IMG/VR virus record: IMGVR_UViG_3300037247_000923
Location: 1-50,931 of that record
Source of the DNA: a virus
Taxonomy: Duplodnaviria; Caudoviricetes
Strand: one strand, 5' to 3'
Length of the DNA: 50,931 nucleotides
In this document: positions 17,786 through 26,058 of the stretch, one piece after another
Layout of the letters: every line of letters starts with the position of its first letter
How positions within the stretch are numbered: the first letter of the stretch is position 1
Position numbers and translations under genes: made by a program
The notes under the pieces: generated by a model
Database searches by the model: none
Told to the model about the DNA's origin: nothing
The model's input: the letters and a program-made list of their open reading frames with translations, nothing else

Positions 17786-18545
17786 ACTAGGGTACTAGAC
17801 GGGCGCCAGAGGGGTTAACGCCTTTGGTAGTATGGGCTTAAAAAATCTTCACTATTTTCAATATGTCGGTACCTTGGTACCCTAGTATCCTAGATAGGGC
17901 CTTTTTATTTTCGAGTCGGCTCCCACCCAATCCTTCCTCGGGCGTATTGTGGTCCCCGGGCCCCCCTGGGGCCTCCTTCCTCAAAATTACCCTCCCGGCC
18001 CCCTAGGTGCTAGGGGCTAGGTGCTAGTCCCCAGATACTAGGTGCTTCGCTAGGCTCTAGGTGCTCGTTGTCGAGGGTCTAGGGTCTATGGTCTATGGTC
18101 TATGGTTATTAGTGGTCTAGTACCCTAGTGTATGGCACCTAGTACCCTAGTGTATGGCACCTAGTACCTAGCACCTAGTTTTATAGCAGATACCCTATCA
18201 CACGTAGACCCCATGTTAGGATACTAGGTGTTACTAACTAGGGTACTAAGTATCACTAGTTAGGGTACTAGGTATTACTAATTAGGGTACCACGCTCCCA
18301 ATAGTCCATAGTTCTGCCTTACCGTACCTTATCCGGTATAGTTAGGGCTCATTGTTCCCTAGTATCCTAGTATCCTGGTATCCTAGTATTAGGGTACTAT
18401 ACTCTACAATGCGCCCCCATATATTTCTACTTGTATCCTATTGTTCCTTATAATATACTTAGAGTGCATAATAAGAATATAGTAATGCATAATGCAAAGA
18501 CAGTAACCCCCATTAGGAATGATAGGGTATTCTAGGGTACTATAA
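17786..18545. repeat. CTAG-rich non-coding repeat field containing TAGGGTACTAG-type repeats; candidate origin, packaging or terminus region
   Basis: 22-bp tandem units at 18117/18139/18161 and inverted 22-bp units at 18217/18239/18261/18283; CTAGTATC-type unit x4 at 18359..18390; GGTCTAT x3; CTAGGTGCT x4. Confidence 0.85.
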
Positions 18546-18644
18546 GGCATTGGCATAGAGGTTGCATTACCAGTAAACAGTATCCCGGCGAACCGGGCAC
18601 TTGGCGAATCGCCAGTGAAGTAGACTAGCAAGAAAGGTCTAGCT

Positions 18645-18929
18645 ATGTCACGTAAAGAGAATAGACGCAAACGGGCTGCAATACATAGAGCCGCTATATT
18701 ATCGGATGTGACCAATGTAATACATACGGTCAAATCAGATGGTTATGGGTTCTGGTATCCTATTCCGTGCGGTACGGGCAAGCGCACAAGGAACACTAGT
18801 GCCGAGATACGTACTAAGGTAATATTGCAAAGGATAGATAGCGGCCGCCCAAAGGGCAAGCGTACTATTCGCTATACTACGTGTATAGCTTGGCAAGGTA
18901 GGCATCCGTTACTTAGTAAAAAGGGGTAA
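18645..18929 (+). CDS. Basic hypothetical protein, first gene of the early arm
   Basis: AGAAAGG RBS before ATG. Confidence 0.5.
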   Translation: MSRKENRRKRAAIHRAAILSDVTNVIHTVKSDGYGFWYPIPCGTGKRTRNTSAEIRTKVILQRIDSGRPKGKRTIRYTTCIAWQGRHPLLSKKG

Positions 18930-18934
18930 ATACC

Positions 18935-19243
18935 ATGAGAATCAAGGACAATGGAAGCAATGTAACGATATGGGTATCAGCTAAGGATACCTATGAATGG
19001 GCAAATGAGATCAATAACGTATGGCCCTGTAGCGAGCTATCAGGTCATCGCTTTGTCGCTACCTTTGATAGTAATGGCCTACTTGACCTTACTGTAAACG
19101 GAAAAGAAGGCTCAGGAATCCCTAATAGTGGATATATCCCTGTCGATGAATTTAACGCTTGTTGCGCTGATATGCTGAAAGATAGAATAGACAAGGACCA
19201 TCCATGCTACTTCATCACAATTGGCCAGTTTAGCGAAAAGTAG
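18935..19243 (+). CDS. Hypothetical protein
   Basis: AAGGGG RBS; 102-aa ORF. Confidence 0.65.
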   Translation: MRIKDNGSNVTIWVSAKDTYEWANEINNVWPCSELSGHRFVATFDSNGLLDLTVNGKEGSGIPNSGYIPVDEFNACCADMLKDRIDKDHPCYFITIGQFSEK

Positions 19244-19259
19244 AAAGGAATTGATTACC

Positions 19260-20432
19260 ATGCACAGTATCACTAGGGACAGGGTACGTCTAGTACGTGC
19301 GCTGGATTCTGCCGTCAATAGGGCTGCGTACGATAAAAACAAGTATTATCATTCCATGATGGAAATCGTGGAACGTATCCGGGCTGATAAGGACAGTCAT
19401 TATCTGTCATGGTCTCAAGAGGACGAAGGCAAGGTAAGCTATGCTAGTAGTACGGCTCAAAAGTACGATACAAAGCATAGGACAAAAACTACGCTTAGCC
19501 GCTACTTGCGACGGCGTATGAAGCTATCCGCCGAAACGGTACCGGATGCAGAACTCGCAAAAATAGCGGGCTATATATTTGGTGCATTGTCGGATTCGGA
19601 TAAACACATTGAAGTGATTTACGGTGAGGATATAGTCGATGCGTACCGGGATCATTTTGGGCAAAGTTCGTGCATGACGGGCGGTTGTTCCGAATATGTG
19701 CAAATCTATGCTGATAACCCTGATAAGATAGGTCTTATCAAATACACAAATGGCATAGACGCGCGCGCGGTACTTTGGCTTACGGATGAAGGCAAGGTAG
19801 TTATGGACAGAATCTATCCATGCGATGGCTATCACATCGACGCCTTAGTCAAGTGGGCCGAGAAAAACGACATTATTTGCCGAACACATCATAGCATACG
19901 CAGTCGACATGATGGCGATGGCGTTATGAGTGACGGCCAAGATCATGATGTTACCCTACGACAGTCGGATACGGATGTATGGCCATACATGGATTCATTC
20001 ATGTATGCCACATTGGTACGTGGTAATAAGGTTAAAGTATCTACCACTGCAAGCGGTGGATATGACCATTGTTTGGACTTTACGGACGGCACTATAGACG
20101 GCTCAGGGGATTGGTACTATTGCGCCCACTGTGAAGAGCGTGTGCACCCGGACGAAGCATTTACTACAGAGGATGATACATACTGTGAAAGCTGTTACGG
20201 ACTATACTTCACAAGCTGTGAACATTGTGAGGAGTCAACAGCACGGGACGACATAGCAGAAGTCTACAATTCTAGTGGACACCGTATAGAAGTATGTAGT
20301 TGCTGTGCTGAGAGTGATTATGCCGAATGTTATGAATGTGGTGATATACACCATGCCGACGCACTGGAAACAGTCGATGACGAATGTTACTGTGAAAGCT
20401 GCGTACCAGAGACAGAGGAAGTAGATAACTAA
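19260..20432 (+). CDS. Early protein with SCM..ARAVLW..MDRIY..PYMDSF domain (PcfJ/GNAT-like, tentative) and a C-terminal multi-CxxC zinc-finger array
   Basis: AGAAAGGA RBS before ATG 19260; six CxxC motifs in the C-terminal ~100 aa. Confidence 0.65.
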   Translation: MHSITRDRVRLVRALDSAVNRAAYDKNKYYHSMMEIVERIRADKDSHYLSWSQEDEGKVSYASSTAQKYDTKHRTKTTLSRYLRRRMKLSAETVPDAELAKIAGYIFGALSDSDKHIEVIYGEDIVDAYRDHFGQSSCMTGGCSEYVQIYADNPDKIGLIKYTNGIDARAVLWLTDEGKVVMDRIYPCDGYHIDALVKWAEKNDIICRTHHSIRSRHDGDGVMSDGQDHDVTLRQSDTDVWPYMDSFMYATLVRGNKVKVSTTASGGYDHCLDFTDGTIDGSGDWYYCAHCEERVHPDEAFTTEDDTYCESCYGLYFTSCEHCEESTARDDIAEVYNSSGHRIEVCSCCAESDYAECYECGDIHHADALETVDDECYCESCVPETEEVDN

Positions 20433-20443
20433 ACCTTAACAGA

Positions 20444-21430
20444 ATGGAGAATTTATTGATATATGCAAGCGCATACGCCAGTAAAAAGGCACATACGCTT
20501 TGTAAAGAGGATGCGGCAAGGCTAGAGCAATTAGTCCATGCCGTCGTGGAAAACTTTTCAATGGCTGACTTACAGCGGCGTTGTCAAATGTCGTTGCGCC
20601 GGTCATTCCGCGACCTACGAGCACAAGGCGGTATCACAAACGGACACCACAGGACAGGACGCCACGGTTTCAAAGACAATGGCGCGAACGTCCTGGCGGT
20701 AGCCCATTTGGATACAGTGCAAACAAGCAGTAGGTTCAACCGTGTAGCCTTCGACGACGAAACAATTGTCTATTGTCCTAAGCTGGATGATAGATTGGGG
20801 GTATACACAATACTAGACTTACTGCCAAAGCTAGGCGTCAAGGTCGATGTACTATTGACTGAAAATGAGGAAATCGGTCAGTCAACGGCATGCGACTTTG
20901 AGACTAGCAAGCATTACAACTGGATTGTTGAATTTGATAGATGCGGCAGTGATGCCGTAAGCTACGAATACGCATGGAACGAAGTCCTCCGCGAGTACTT
21001 CGATACTGGATGCGGCTCGTTTTCAGATATATGCTACCTTGACCACTTGGAATGTAAGGCTATGAACGTGGGGGTAGCGTATGAAAATGAGCACAATAAG
21101 CGGGCCTACTTTATCTTAGAAGATTATCTAGTCCAGGTTGCAAGGTGGCTGCTATTCTATGAGAAGTATGAGACGGTACGATTCCCACATACATATAGTG
21201 CGACGGCACACTACCCATACTACGGTTCGTGTACCGAAGGATTTGGCGAAAGCAATGATGTACCAGATTATCAAGACACCGGCGACAAAGACATTGCATG
21301 GTGTAGCGAGTGCCATGAGGATAAACAAGAACCGGACACCGTAGTACGTGGCAACAGCCGCCTTTGCGTAGAGTGCGGCACAGAGGTATTTGAATACTAT
21401 TCCCCTAAAGAATTGGAGGCGCGTAAATAA
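20444..21430 (+). CDS. Zn-dependent peptidase, M28/M20-like, with C-terminal zinc ribbon
   Basis: AHLDTV, LDDRLG, ENEEIG, EFDR, SFSDI and YENEH metal-binding motifs. Confidence 0.8.
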   Translation: MENLLIYASAYASKKAHTLCKEDAARLEQLVHAVVENFSMADLQRRCQMSLRRSFRDLRAQGGITNGHHRTGRHGFKDNGANVLAVAHLDTVQTSSRFNRVAFDDETIVYCPKLDDRLGVYTILDLLPKLGVKVDVLLTENEEIGQSTACDFETSKHYNWIVEFDRCGSDAVSYEYAWNEVLREYFDTGCGSFSDICYLDHLECKAMNVGVAYENEHNKRAYFILEDYLVQVARWLLFYEKYETVRFPHTYSATAHYPYYGSCTEGFGESNDVPDYQDTGDKDIAWCSECHEDKQEPDTVVRGNSRLCVECGTEVFEYYSPKELEARK

Positions 21431-22008
21431 TGCTTCGACTAAACGTTACATACGATAGTCACCATGTAGCATTTAACTACTGGTGGTTATTTCATCCAGA
21501 CGATATTTTTGAGTACTGGTGGAATGATACAAGCTGGGACCGGGGCAGCTCTATGGCGCGGCCCATATTTGGAACACGACAGTGGCGCAAACAGTGGCGG
21601 AAGTGGAGAAAGGAACTGACAAGCAGCAGGCCGATACGAACATTGTACAACCTAGACCACATAACGGATGCGGCCCAAATAACCGGGCCTACCGTTGAAA
21701 TTCAGGACGTATACTGCGGACACCAACGTATCACTTGGGAATTCCCGGACGGGAAGCGCGAAGGTATGCTCACGGCCCGAGACATTCGAGACATACTGAT
21801 ACAACAAACGGACCCTACCTTACTCATATACGCGACTAGGGGCCGCATCTATGTGCCAAACCGATCGCGGCAGTATGCTACCCCCAAAGACTACCGCTGG
21901 AATCGGTGGGGCGCTGAGGTATACATGACTGGAAAGGAAGTACGAGCCTATGAGCAAGAAAGAAAAGACGGCACCTACCAAGAGTACGTGCCCTGCTGGC
22001 TGCCCTGA
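21430..22008 (+). CDS. Hypothetical Trp-rich protein
   Basis: GGAGG RBS; TAATG coupling. Confidence 0.6.
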   Translation: MLRLNVTYDSHHVAFNYWWLFHPDDIFEYWWNDTSWDRGSSMARPIFGTRQWRKQWRKWRKELTSSRPIRTLYNLDHITDAAQITGPTVEIQDVYCGHQRITWEFPDGKREGMLTARDIRDILIQQTDPTLLIYATRGRIYVPNRSRQYATPKDYRWNRWGAEVYMTGKEVRAYEQERKDGTYQEYVPCWLP

Positions 22009-22231
22009 AATCACGGAGCATAAGCAAAGCAGGGATGGTCCGGCAATTTGGAACCGAGTGACTCACGCCATGCGCTTCAACAGGGCCGTGACTCTGGACG
22101 AAGTAAAGAAAGCCGTGGCCGCCGAAAAGTGGTACGGATACAACCCGGCAGGCTACGGACCATGGGCGTTCCGCCGAGACAATAAGATAGGTACTCGGTG
22201 GCTTGGTACGCACTCGGCATCATGTGATTGA
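21950..22231 (+). CDS. Hypothetical protein
   Basis: GAAAGGA RBS. Confidence 0.5.
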   Translation: MSKKEKTAPTKSTCPAGCPEITEHKQSRDGPAIWNRVTHAMRFNRAVTLDEVKKAVAAEKWYGYNPAGYGPWAFRRDNKIGTRWLGTHSASCD

Positions 22232-22249
22232 GAGGACAGAAATTCTGCG

Positions 22250-22369
22250 ATGACTAACGAATACACAAGAATTAAATGTTGGGCTTGTTATATGTGGTAT
22301 TTTGTAACCATAGGTCACAAATGTCAAGTAGATACTTTGGGCAATGTTTCCCCTGTGAAAGAAAACTGA
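22250..22369 (+). CDS. Small Cys-containing protein (39 aa, MTNEYTRIKCWACYMW...)
   Basis: GAGGA upstream; TGATG coupling to the next gene. Confidence 0.4.
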   Translation: MTNEYTRIKCWACYMWYFVTIGHKCQVDTLGNVSPVKEN

Positions 22370-22704
22370 TGGAATGTAAAGCCACACTAGGGCACCACGG
22401 CCACATCCTAGTCTCTACCCCCACACACGGAACGGCCGTGTTCCAGCCCGGCAGGCGCACACTAACCGGTGCCCACCACCGTAATGGAAATCTAAGGTGC
22501 ATGACGGCGGCCGATTTGCGGCGGTATTTGAAGTTGGGGGTATTGAAAGAGCCTGGAGACTGGATTGTGGTGCCCGATGATAAGGGGATTTTCAACACAA
22601 TCACCTCAGTAGACCTTGACATGAACGCCAAAATGTGTTATAATTGTATACCACTGCCGCTCCGAGTATGGCGCGGGGCGTTCGCTTTGAATCAGAAAGG
22701 GTAA
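22369..22704 (+). CDS. Hypothetical protein
   Basis: ATG coupled to the upstream stop; in frame with ORF 22276..22704. Confidence 0.5.
   Translation: MECKATLGHHGHILVSTPTHGTAVFQPGRRTLTGAHHRNGNLRCMTAADLRRYLKLGVLKEPGDWIVVPDDKGIFNTITSVDLDMNAKMCYNCIPLPLRVWRGAFALNQKG
22616..22644 (+). promoter_or_regulatory. Consensus sigma70 promoter with extended -10
   Basis: TTGACA-17 nt-TATAAT with TG at -15/-14. Confidence 0.85.
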
Positions 22705-22706
22705 CA

Positions 22707-23201
22707 ATGAAACCAGATTGGATCACCGACAAGAATACCCGAGTATTCGCTATTCCGAAAGGGGCGATAGGCGAGGGCAATATCGTCAAAGGTGCAGTTA
22801 GGTCAGAAAACAACAAAGAACTTATATACCGATTAGAGGAATGGCGGGAAGCGTGGGAGCGGTCAACATCAGCGCCAGCTGGGGCATATGGTGGGCCTCG
22901 TAGAACACTGCCCGACGGCCACGTTTGGCTCGTGAAGCGGGAGTGTGAGCGATGCGAAGGAACATACTTCGGCTGCGGTGGCTGCAATGAAACCGGCTAC
23001 GTCCACGATCTTGTGCCGGAGGATGCGGAGGAAGTACGGGCATATGGTTTTGTGCTTGCTTACTGGCAAGATCACGGTAACCCATCAGGCTGGATGTTCG
23101 TCAAAGAAAAGATCGGCGTGAACCCGGAAGATATTGATGGCTTGCGCTTCGTCTCCGGCGACGGCACAAAACGACATGATAAATGGAAAGAGAAAGGATA
23201 A
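22707..23201 (+). CDS. Hypothetical protein with DnaJ-like Zn motif (CERCEG..CGGCNETG)
   Basis: AGAAAGGG RBS; CxxC pairs. Confidence 0.65.
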   Translation: MKPDWITDKNTRVFAIPKGAIGEGNIVKGAVRSENNKELIYRLEEWREAWERSTSAPAGAYGGPRRTLPDGHVWLVKRECERCEGTYFGCGGCNETGYVHDLVPEDAEEVRAYGFVLAYWQDHGNPSGWMFVKEKIGVNPEDIDGLRFVSGDGTKRHDKWKEKG

Positions 23202-23203
23202 AC

Positions 23204-23515
23204 ATGGCTGACACATTAACATTTCTCAAACAGATACGGGATCACATCGCAAAGGGCGTGGGGATAGCATATCAACACGACTTCATTCATACCGTGGTTC
23301 CGAAAATACTGGACGTAGCAGACGCCGCAGTCGAGTACGAAGCGCAAGCGGGCCGCCTACAGGCGGAGAACGAGCGACTCTCAGGGTACATAGCCGACCT
23401 GCTATTGGACTCCGAATCTTCTCAAGAATCGGATGCGCCCGACGATTTACCAAGCGGGTTTTCGGAGGTGACTCTGAATGACGACAACGACGGCACCATT
23501 GACGGTGAATTTTAA
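23204..23515 (+). CDS. Hypothetical coiled-coil protein with acidic tail
   Basis: AGAAAGGA RBS. Confidence 0.6.
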   Translation: MADTLTFLKQIRDHIAKGVGIAYQHDFIHTVVPKILDVADAAVEYEAQAGRLQAENERLSGYIADLLLDSESSQESDAPDDLPSGFSEVTLNDDNDGTIDGEF

Positions 23516-23711
23516 GCTTTGCGATCCGAACACGTTGATGCGTCGTCTCAGTTGCTACGGTATTCCGGTACTTGAGCATGTCGAAGTGGGTCCAAACCAC
23601 TACGTCTGGGTACCGGACACGCCCGCAATACGCCAACGTCTAGACAGATGGAAACGCTATAGCGAGTACCCTATGCTAAGGTGGTGGGGCCTTGAACCAA
23701 TTGAAGCATGA
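23478..23711 (+). CDS. Hypothetical protein
   Basis: GGAGG RBS before ATG. Confidence 0.55.
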   Translation: MTTTTAPLTVNFKLCDPNTLMRRLSCYGIPVLEHVEVGPNHYVWVPDTPAIRQRLDRWKRYSEYPMLRWWGLEPIEA

Positions 23712-23835
23712 CAACGGAGCAGCGGCCGCTTTCGCGGTCGGACTGATCTTTTGTGTAGGGGCATTTATCCTTGGGGGTTGGATACCTCTATCGCTGCTGG
23801 CGATGCTGTTGGCGGCACTTGCGGTACTATGGTAA
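23692..23835 (+). CDS. Small membrane protein with two hydrophobic helices (~47 aa)
   Basis: Manual translation ...AAAAFAVGLIFCVGAFILGGWIPLSLLAMLLAALAVLW; TTG start uncertain. Confidence 0.45.
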   Translation: MNQLKHDNGAAAAFAVGLIFCVGAFILGGWIPLSLLAMLLAALAVLW

Positions 23836-23886
23836 TTAGTACCCTAGTATCCTAGAGTACTTAGGTACATAATTGAAAGGATTTAT

Positions 23887-24141
23887 ATGGCTAGACAACC
23901 ACGTAAACTAATACCACTGAAAGCCGTACATCCCGGTCAGTATTTTGAACACTACCGGGATCAGTTTGTACGAGCTACAGAAGCAGAAATACCAAGGCAT
24001 CCTGGCAAGTCCTTGCTAGACGAGCGCGGGGTAGACAGAGTTATACTTACCTATATGCTGCCAGCTAAGGGACAGTCCGGTAGAACCCCGGTGTCCTTCA
24101 ATGCAGATGAAAAGGTACTTGTGAAAGCGGGAAAGAAATGA
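23887..24141 (+). CDS. Hypothetical protein, possibly SH3-like
   Basis: GAAAGGA RBS; ATGA overlap with the next gene. Confidence 0.6.
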   Translation: MARQPRKLIPLKAVHPGQYFEHYRDQFVRATEAEIPRHPGKSLLDERGVDRVILTYMLPAKGQSGRTPVSFNADEKVLVKAGKK

Positions 24142-24722
24142 AACCACGGAAACACTTTACCACATCACCGACAGCTACGAAGTTCAAGATCGGTGACCGA
24201 GTATCCACTCCGAATGATGGCTTTGGTACTGTCGAGAAACTTTCCCCATACAAGACAGATGTAGTAGTACAATTCGACACCGGAGCACATCTTATAATAC
24301 ACCAACGCAAGCTTACACTGGAATCGGCAACACTATCGCCGCCACCGACAGCTACGAAGTTCAAGATCGGTGACCGAGTGTCCCATCCGACCTACGGCTT
24401 TGGGGTTGTCCAGAGACTTTCCCCAAATAGAGTGAACGCAGGGGTATTATTTGATTGTGGAAATCTGCGTATGGTATTCCTAGATAAACTCACGCCGGAA
24501 GGTACTGAGCCTCCGCTGCGAAAACCGCCAACGGCAAAGGAGCACCAAGCTCTATTGGACGCGTACAGCGCACAAACCCGGCCCTCAGCCGAACCGGCCC
24601 TTGCTGAACCGACCCTTGCCGACCGCATCCGCGCTGAGTTCGGCCTTGACACACATATCCTGCCCAATCAGGACGAAGATGGTATGCTGATTGGATTGGA
24701 TGGAAAGAAAAGGTGGTTGTAA
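24138..24722 (+). CDS. Protein with two tandem SH3/Tudor-like domains resembling the UvrD/PcrA C-terminal or CarD N-terminal domain
   Basis: FKIGDRVSTPNDGFGTV and FKIGDRVSHPTYGFGVV repeats 59 aa apart. Confidence 0.65.
   Translation: MKPRKHFTTSPTATKFKIGDRVSTPNDGFGTVEKLSPYKTDVVVQFDTGAHLIIHQRKLTLESATLSPPPTATKFKIGDRVSHPTYGFGVVQRLSPNRVNAGVLFDCGNLRMVFLDKLTPEGTEPPLRKPPTAKEHQALLDAYSAQTRPSAEPALAEPTLADRIRAEFGLDTHILPNQDEDGMLIGLDGKKRWL
24166..24379 (+). repeat. Perfect 37-bp direct repeat (24166..24202 and 24343..24379)
   Basis: CACCGACAGCTACGAAGTTCAAGATCGGTGACCGAGT occurs twice, 177 nt apart. Confidence 0.9.
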
Positions 24723-25030
24723 TGTGGGTCTACAACGCAGGTGTAATAGCCTTGTTATATATCTCCGGCATTTACATATTCCTTGGTATCACAAAGGACG
24801 ACGGGCTTGCATGGGCTATCGGTCTGACTGGAATAGCCATCTTTGTCGGAGTCACGGCCTTCCTAAGACCAAGCCGCAAGATCAGGTGCCCTCAATGCTT
24901 GGGCCACGGGGAGTACGAAAAGACCATCGGCGGCGATGGGTACGGCGGCCGCTGTTGTGGGCTGATGGACGTACCCGTAGTATGCGATGCGTGCGAAGGC
25001 ACCGGAAAGGTACAAGCAGATGAAATTTGA
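24722..25030 (+). CDS. Membrane protein (2 TM) with a DnaJ-type zinc finger
   Basis: Two hydrophobic segments followed by CPQCLGHG and CDACEGTG. Confidence 0.65.
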   Translation: MWVYNAGVIALLYISGIYIFLGITKDDGLAWAIGLTGIAIFVGVTAFLRPSRKIRCPQCLGHGEYEKTIGGDGYGGRCCGLMDVPVVCDACEGTGKVQADEI

Positions 25031-25042
25031 TAGGAGTGATAT

Positions 25043-25483
25043 ATGATGCTTATGATTTTTGTAGACTGTGAAGGCAGCGGTCCGGCCCCAACGCTGAATA
25101 ACGCTGAGAAATTCGAATTTGGTGCCGTGGAGTATGAAACACGCGAGACTTTTTACGGAAAGGGTGCAACAAAGAAAGTGTTCCAAGAGTTTGCCGATTG
25201 GCTTGGTCAGTTTTCCGGGAATCCGGTTTTTATTAGCGATAATCCCGCTTATGATTGGCAATTTATTAATTATTATTTTCACCTGCATCTAAAATTTAAT
25301 CCGTTCGGCCATTCGGCTCGTCGCATCGGAGATTATTATGCTGGACTTTGCCGCAATTGGCGGGCCACACAGAAGTGGAAGAAGTTTCGCCAAACACGAC
25401 ACGACCATAACCCAGTAAATGACGCTATGGGAAACGTTGAAGCATTTGAGATTATTCAGAAAGGGTCGGATAGTGAAATCTAA
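25043..25483 (+). CDS. DEDDh 3'-5' exo(ribo)nuclease, Rv2179c-like
   Basis: FVDCEGSG, NPAYDWQF..YF..NPFGHS and HNPVNDA motifs. Confidence 0.8.
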   Translation: MMLMIFVDCEGSGPAPTLNNAEKFEFGAVEYETRETFYGKGATKKVFQEFADWLGQFSGNPVFISDNPAYDWQFINYYFHLHLKFNPFGHSARRIGDYYAGLCRNWRATQKWKKFRQTRHDHNPVNDAMGNVEAFEIIQKGSDSEI

Positions 25484-25509
25484 ACAACTAACCATGATTA
25501 GGAGATAAA

Positions 25510-25692
25510 ATGAAAACAAATTTATGCGTCTTTCTGCCGTCCGGTAGAACGTATTCATTTAAGAACGTGATTATCGTTACCGATAATGAAACGGTGATAG
25601 TATTTAGCTATGCAGCTATGTCTGATGGCAAGACTAAACGGGCTACGTTTTACAAAAATATGGTAGCCGGAATTTCTACTTATATGGATTAG
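25510..25692 (+). CDS. Hypothetical protein
   Basis: AGGAG RBS. Confidence 0.65.
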   Translation: MKTNLCVFLPSGRTYSFKNVIIVTDNETVIVFSYAAMSDGKTKRATFYKNMVAGISTYMD

Positions 25693-25699
25693 GAGAAAT

Positions 25700-25984
25700 A
25701 TGAAATTCATTATCGAGCAAAACGCCAACGGCATGTATCGAATAGCTAAGATTCACAAGGTTTTTGGACGAGATCGACAATTCTATATGACACGCGACTG
25801 CTATTGGGGAGAAAGTGACCACCTTTCTCTCGATGTATTTGATTCGGACCCACGAGACGCCCATCTATTTCCGACATATGGCAAAGCCGTTGATGCCGCG
25901 GCAGAATATGTGGACTGGTGCCAGAGACAAAATAAGGCAAAACAATGGTCCTTTGTACAGCAAATAGAGCTAAATATGCCTTGA
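25700..25984 (+). CDS. Hypothetical protein
   Basis: AGGAG RBS. Confidence 0.65.
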   Translation: MKFIIEQNANGMYRIAKIHKVFGRDRQFYMTRDCYWGESDHLSLDVFDSDPRDAHLFPTYGKAVDAAAEYVDWCQRQNKAKQWSFVQQIELNMP

Positions 25985-26009
25985 CACCGGGCCGTGTTTG
26001 TGGTATAAT
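25981..26009 (+). promoter_or_regulatory. Consensus sigma70 promoter with extended -10
   Basis: TTGACA-CCGGGCCGTGTTTGTGG-TATAAT. Confidence 0.9.
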
Positions 26010-26058
26010 TATAGATCAAGGGTTAGGTAGCATCAACCCAATTTTGAAAGGAATTAAT

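Noticed and set aside
18117-18292. CRISPR or mini-array interpretation of the 22-bp repeats
   Set aside because: The units are contiguous tandem repeats with no unique 25-45 nt spacers, and there is no cas operon
18640-22700. GATC avoidance in the first-entering DNA
   Set aside because: GATC occurs near 19008, 19650 and 19941; depletion cannot be claimed without counting
24166-24379. 37-bp direct repeat as a CRISPR repeat or DGR template/variable pair
   Set aside because: It lies in frame within a duplicated protein domain, the spacer is 140 nt, there are no adenine-specific mismatches, and no reverse transcriptase is encoded
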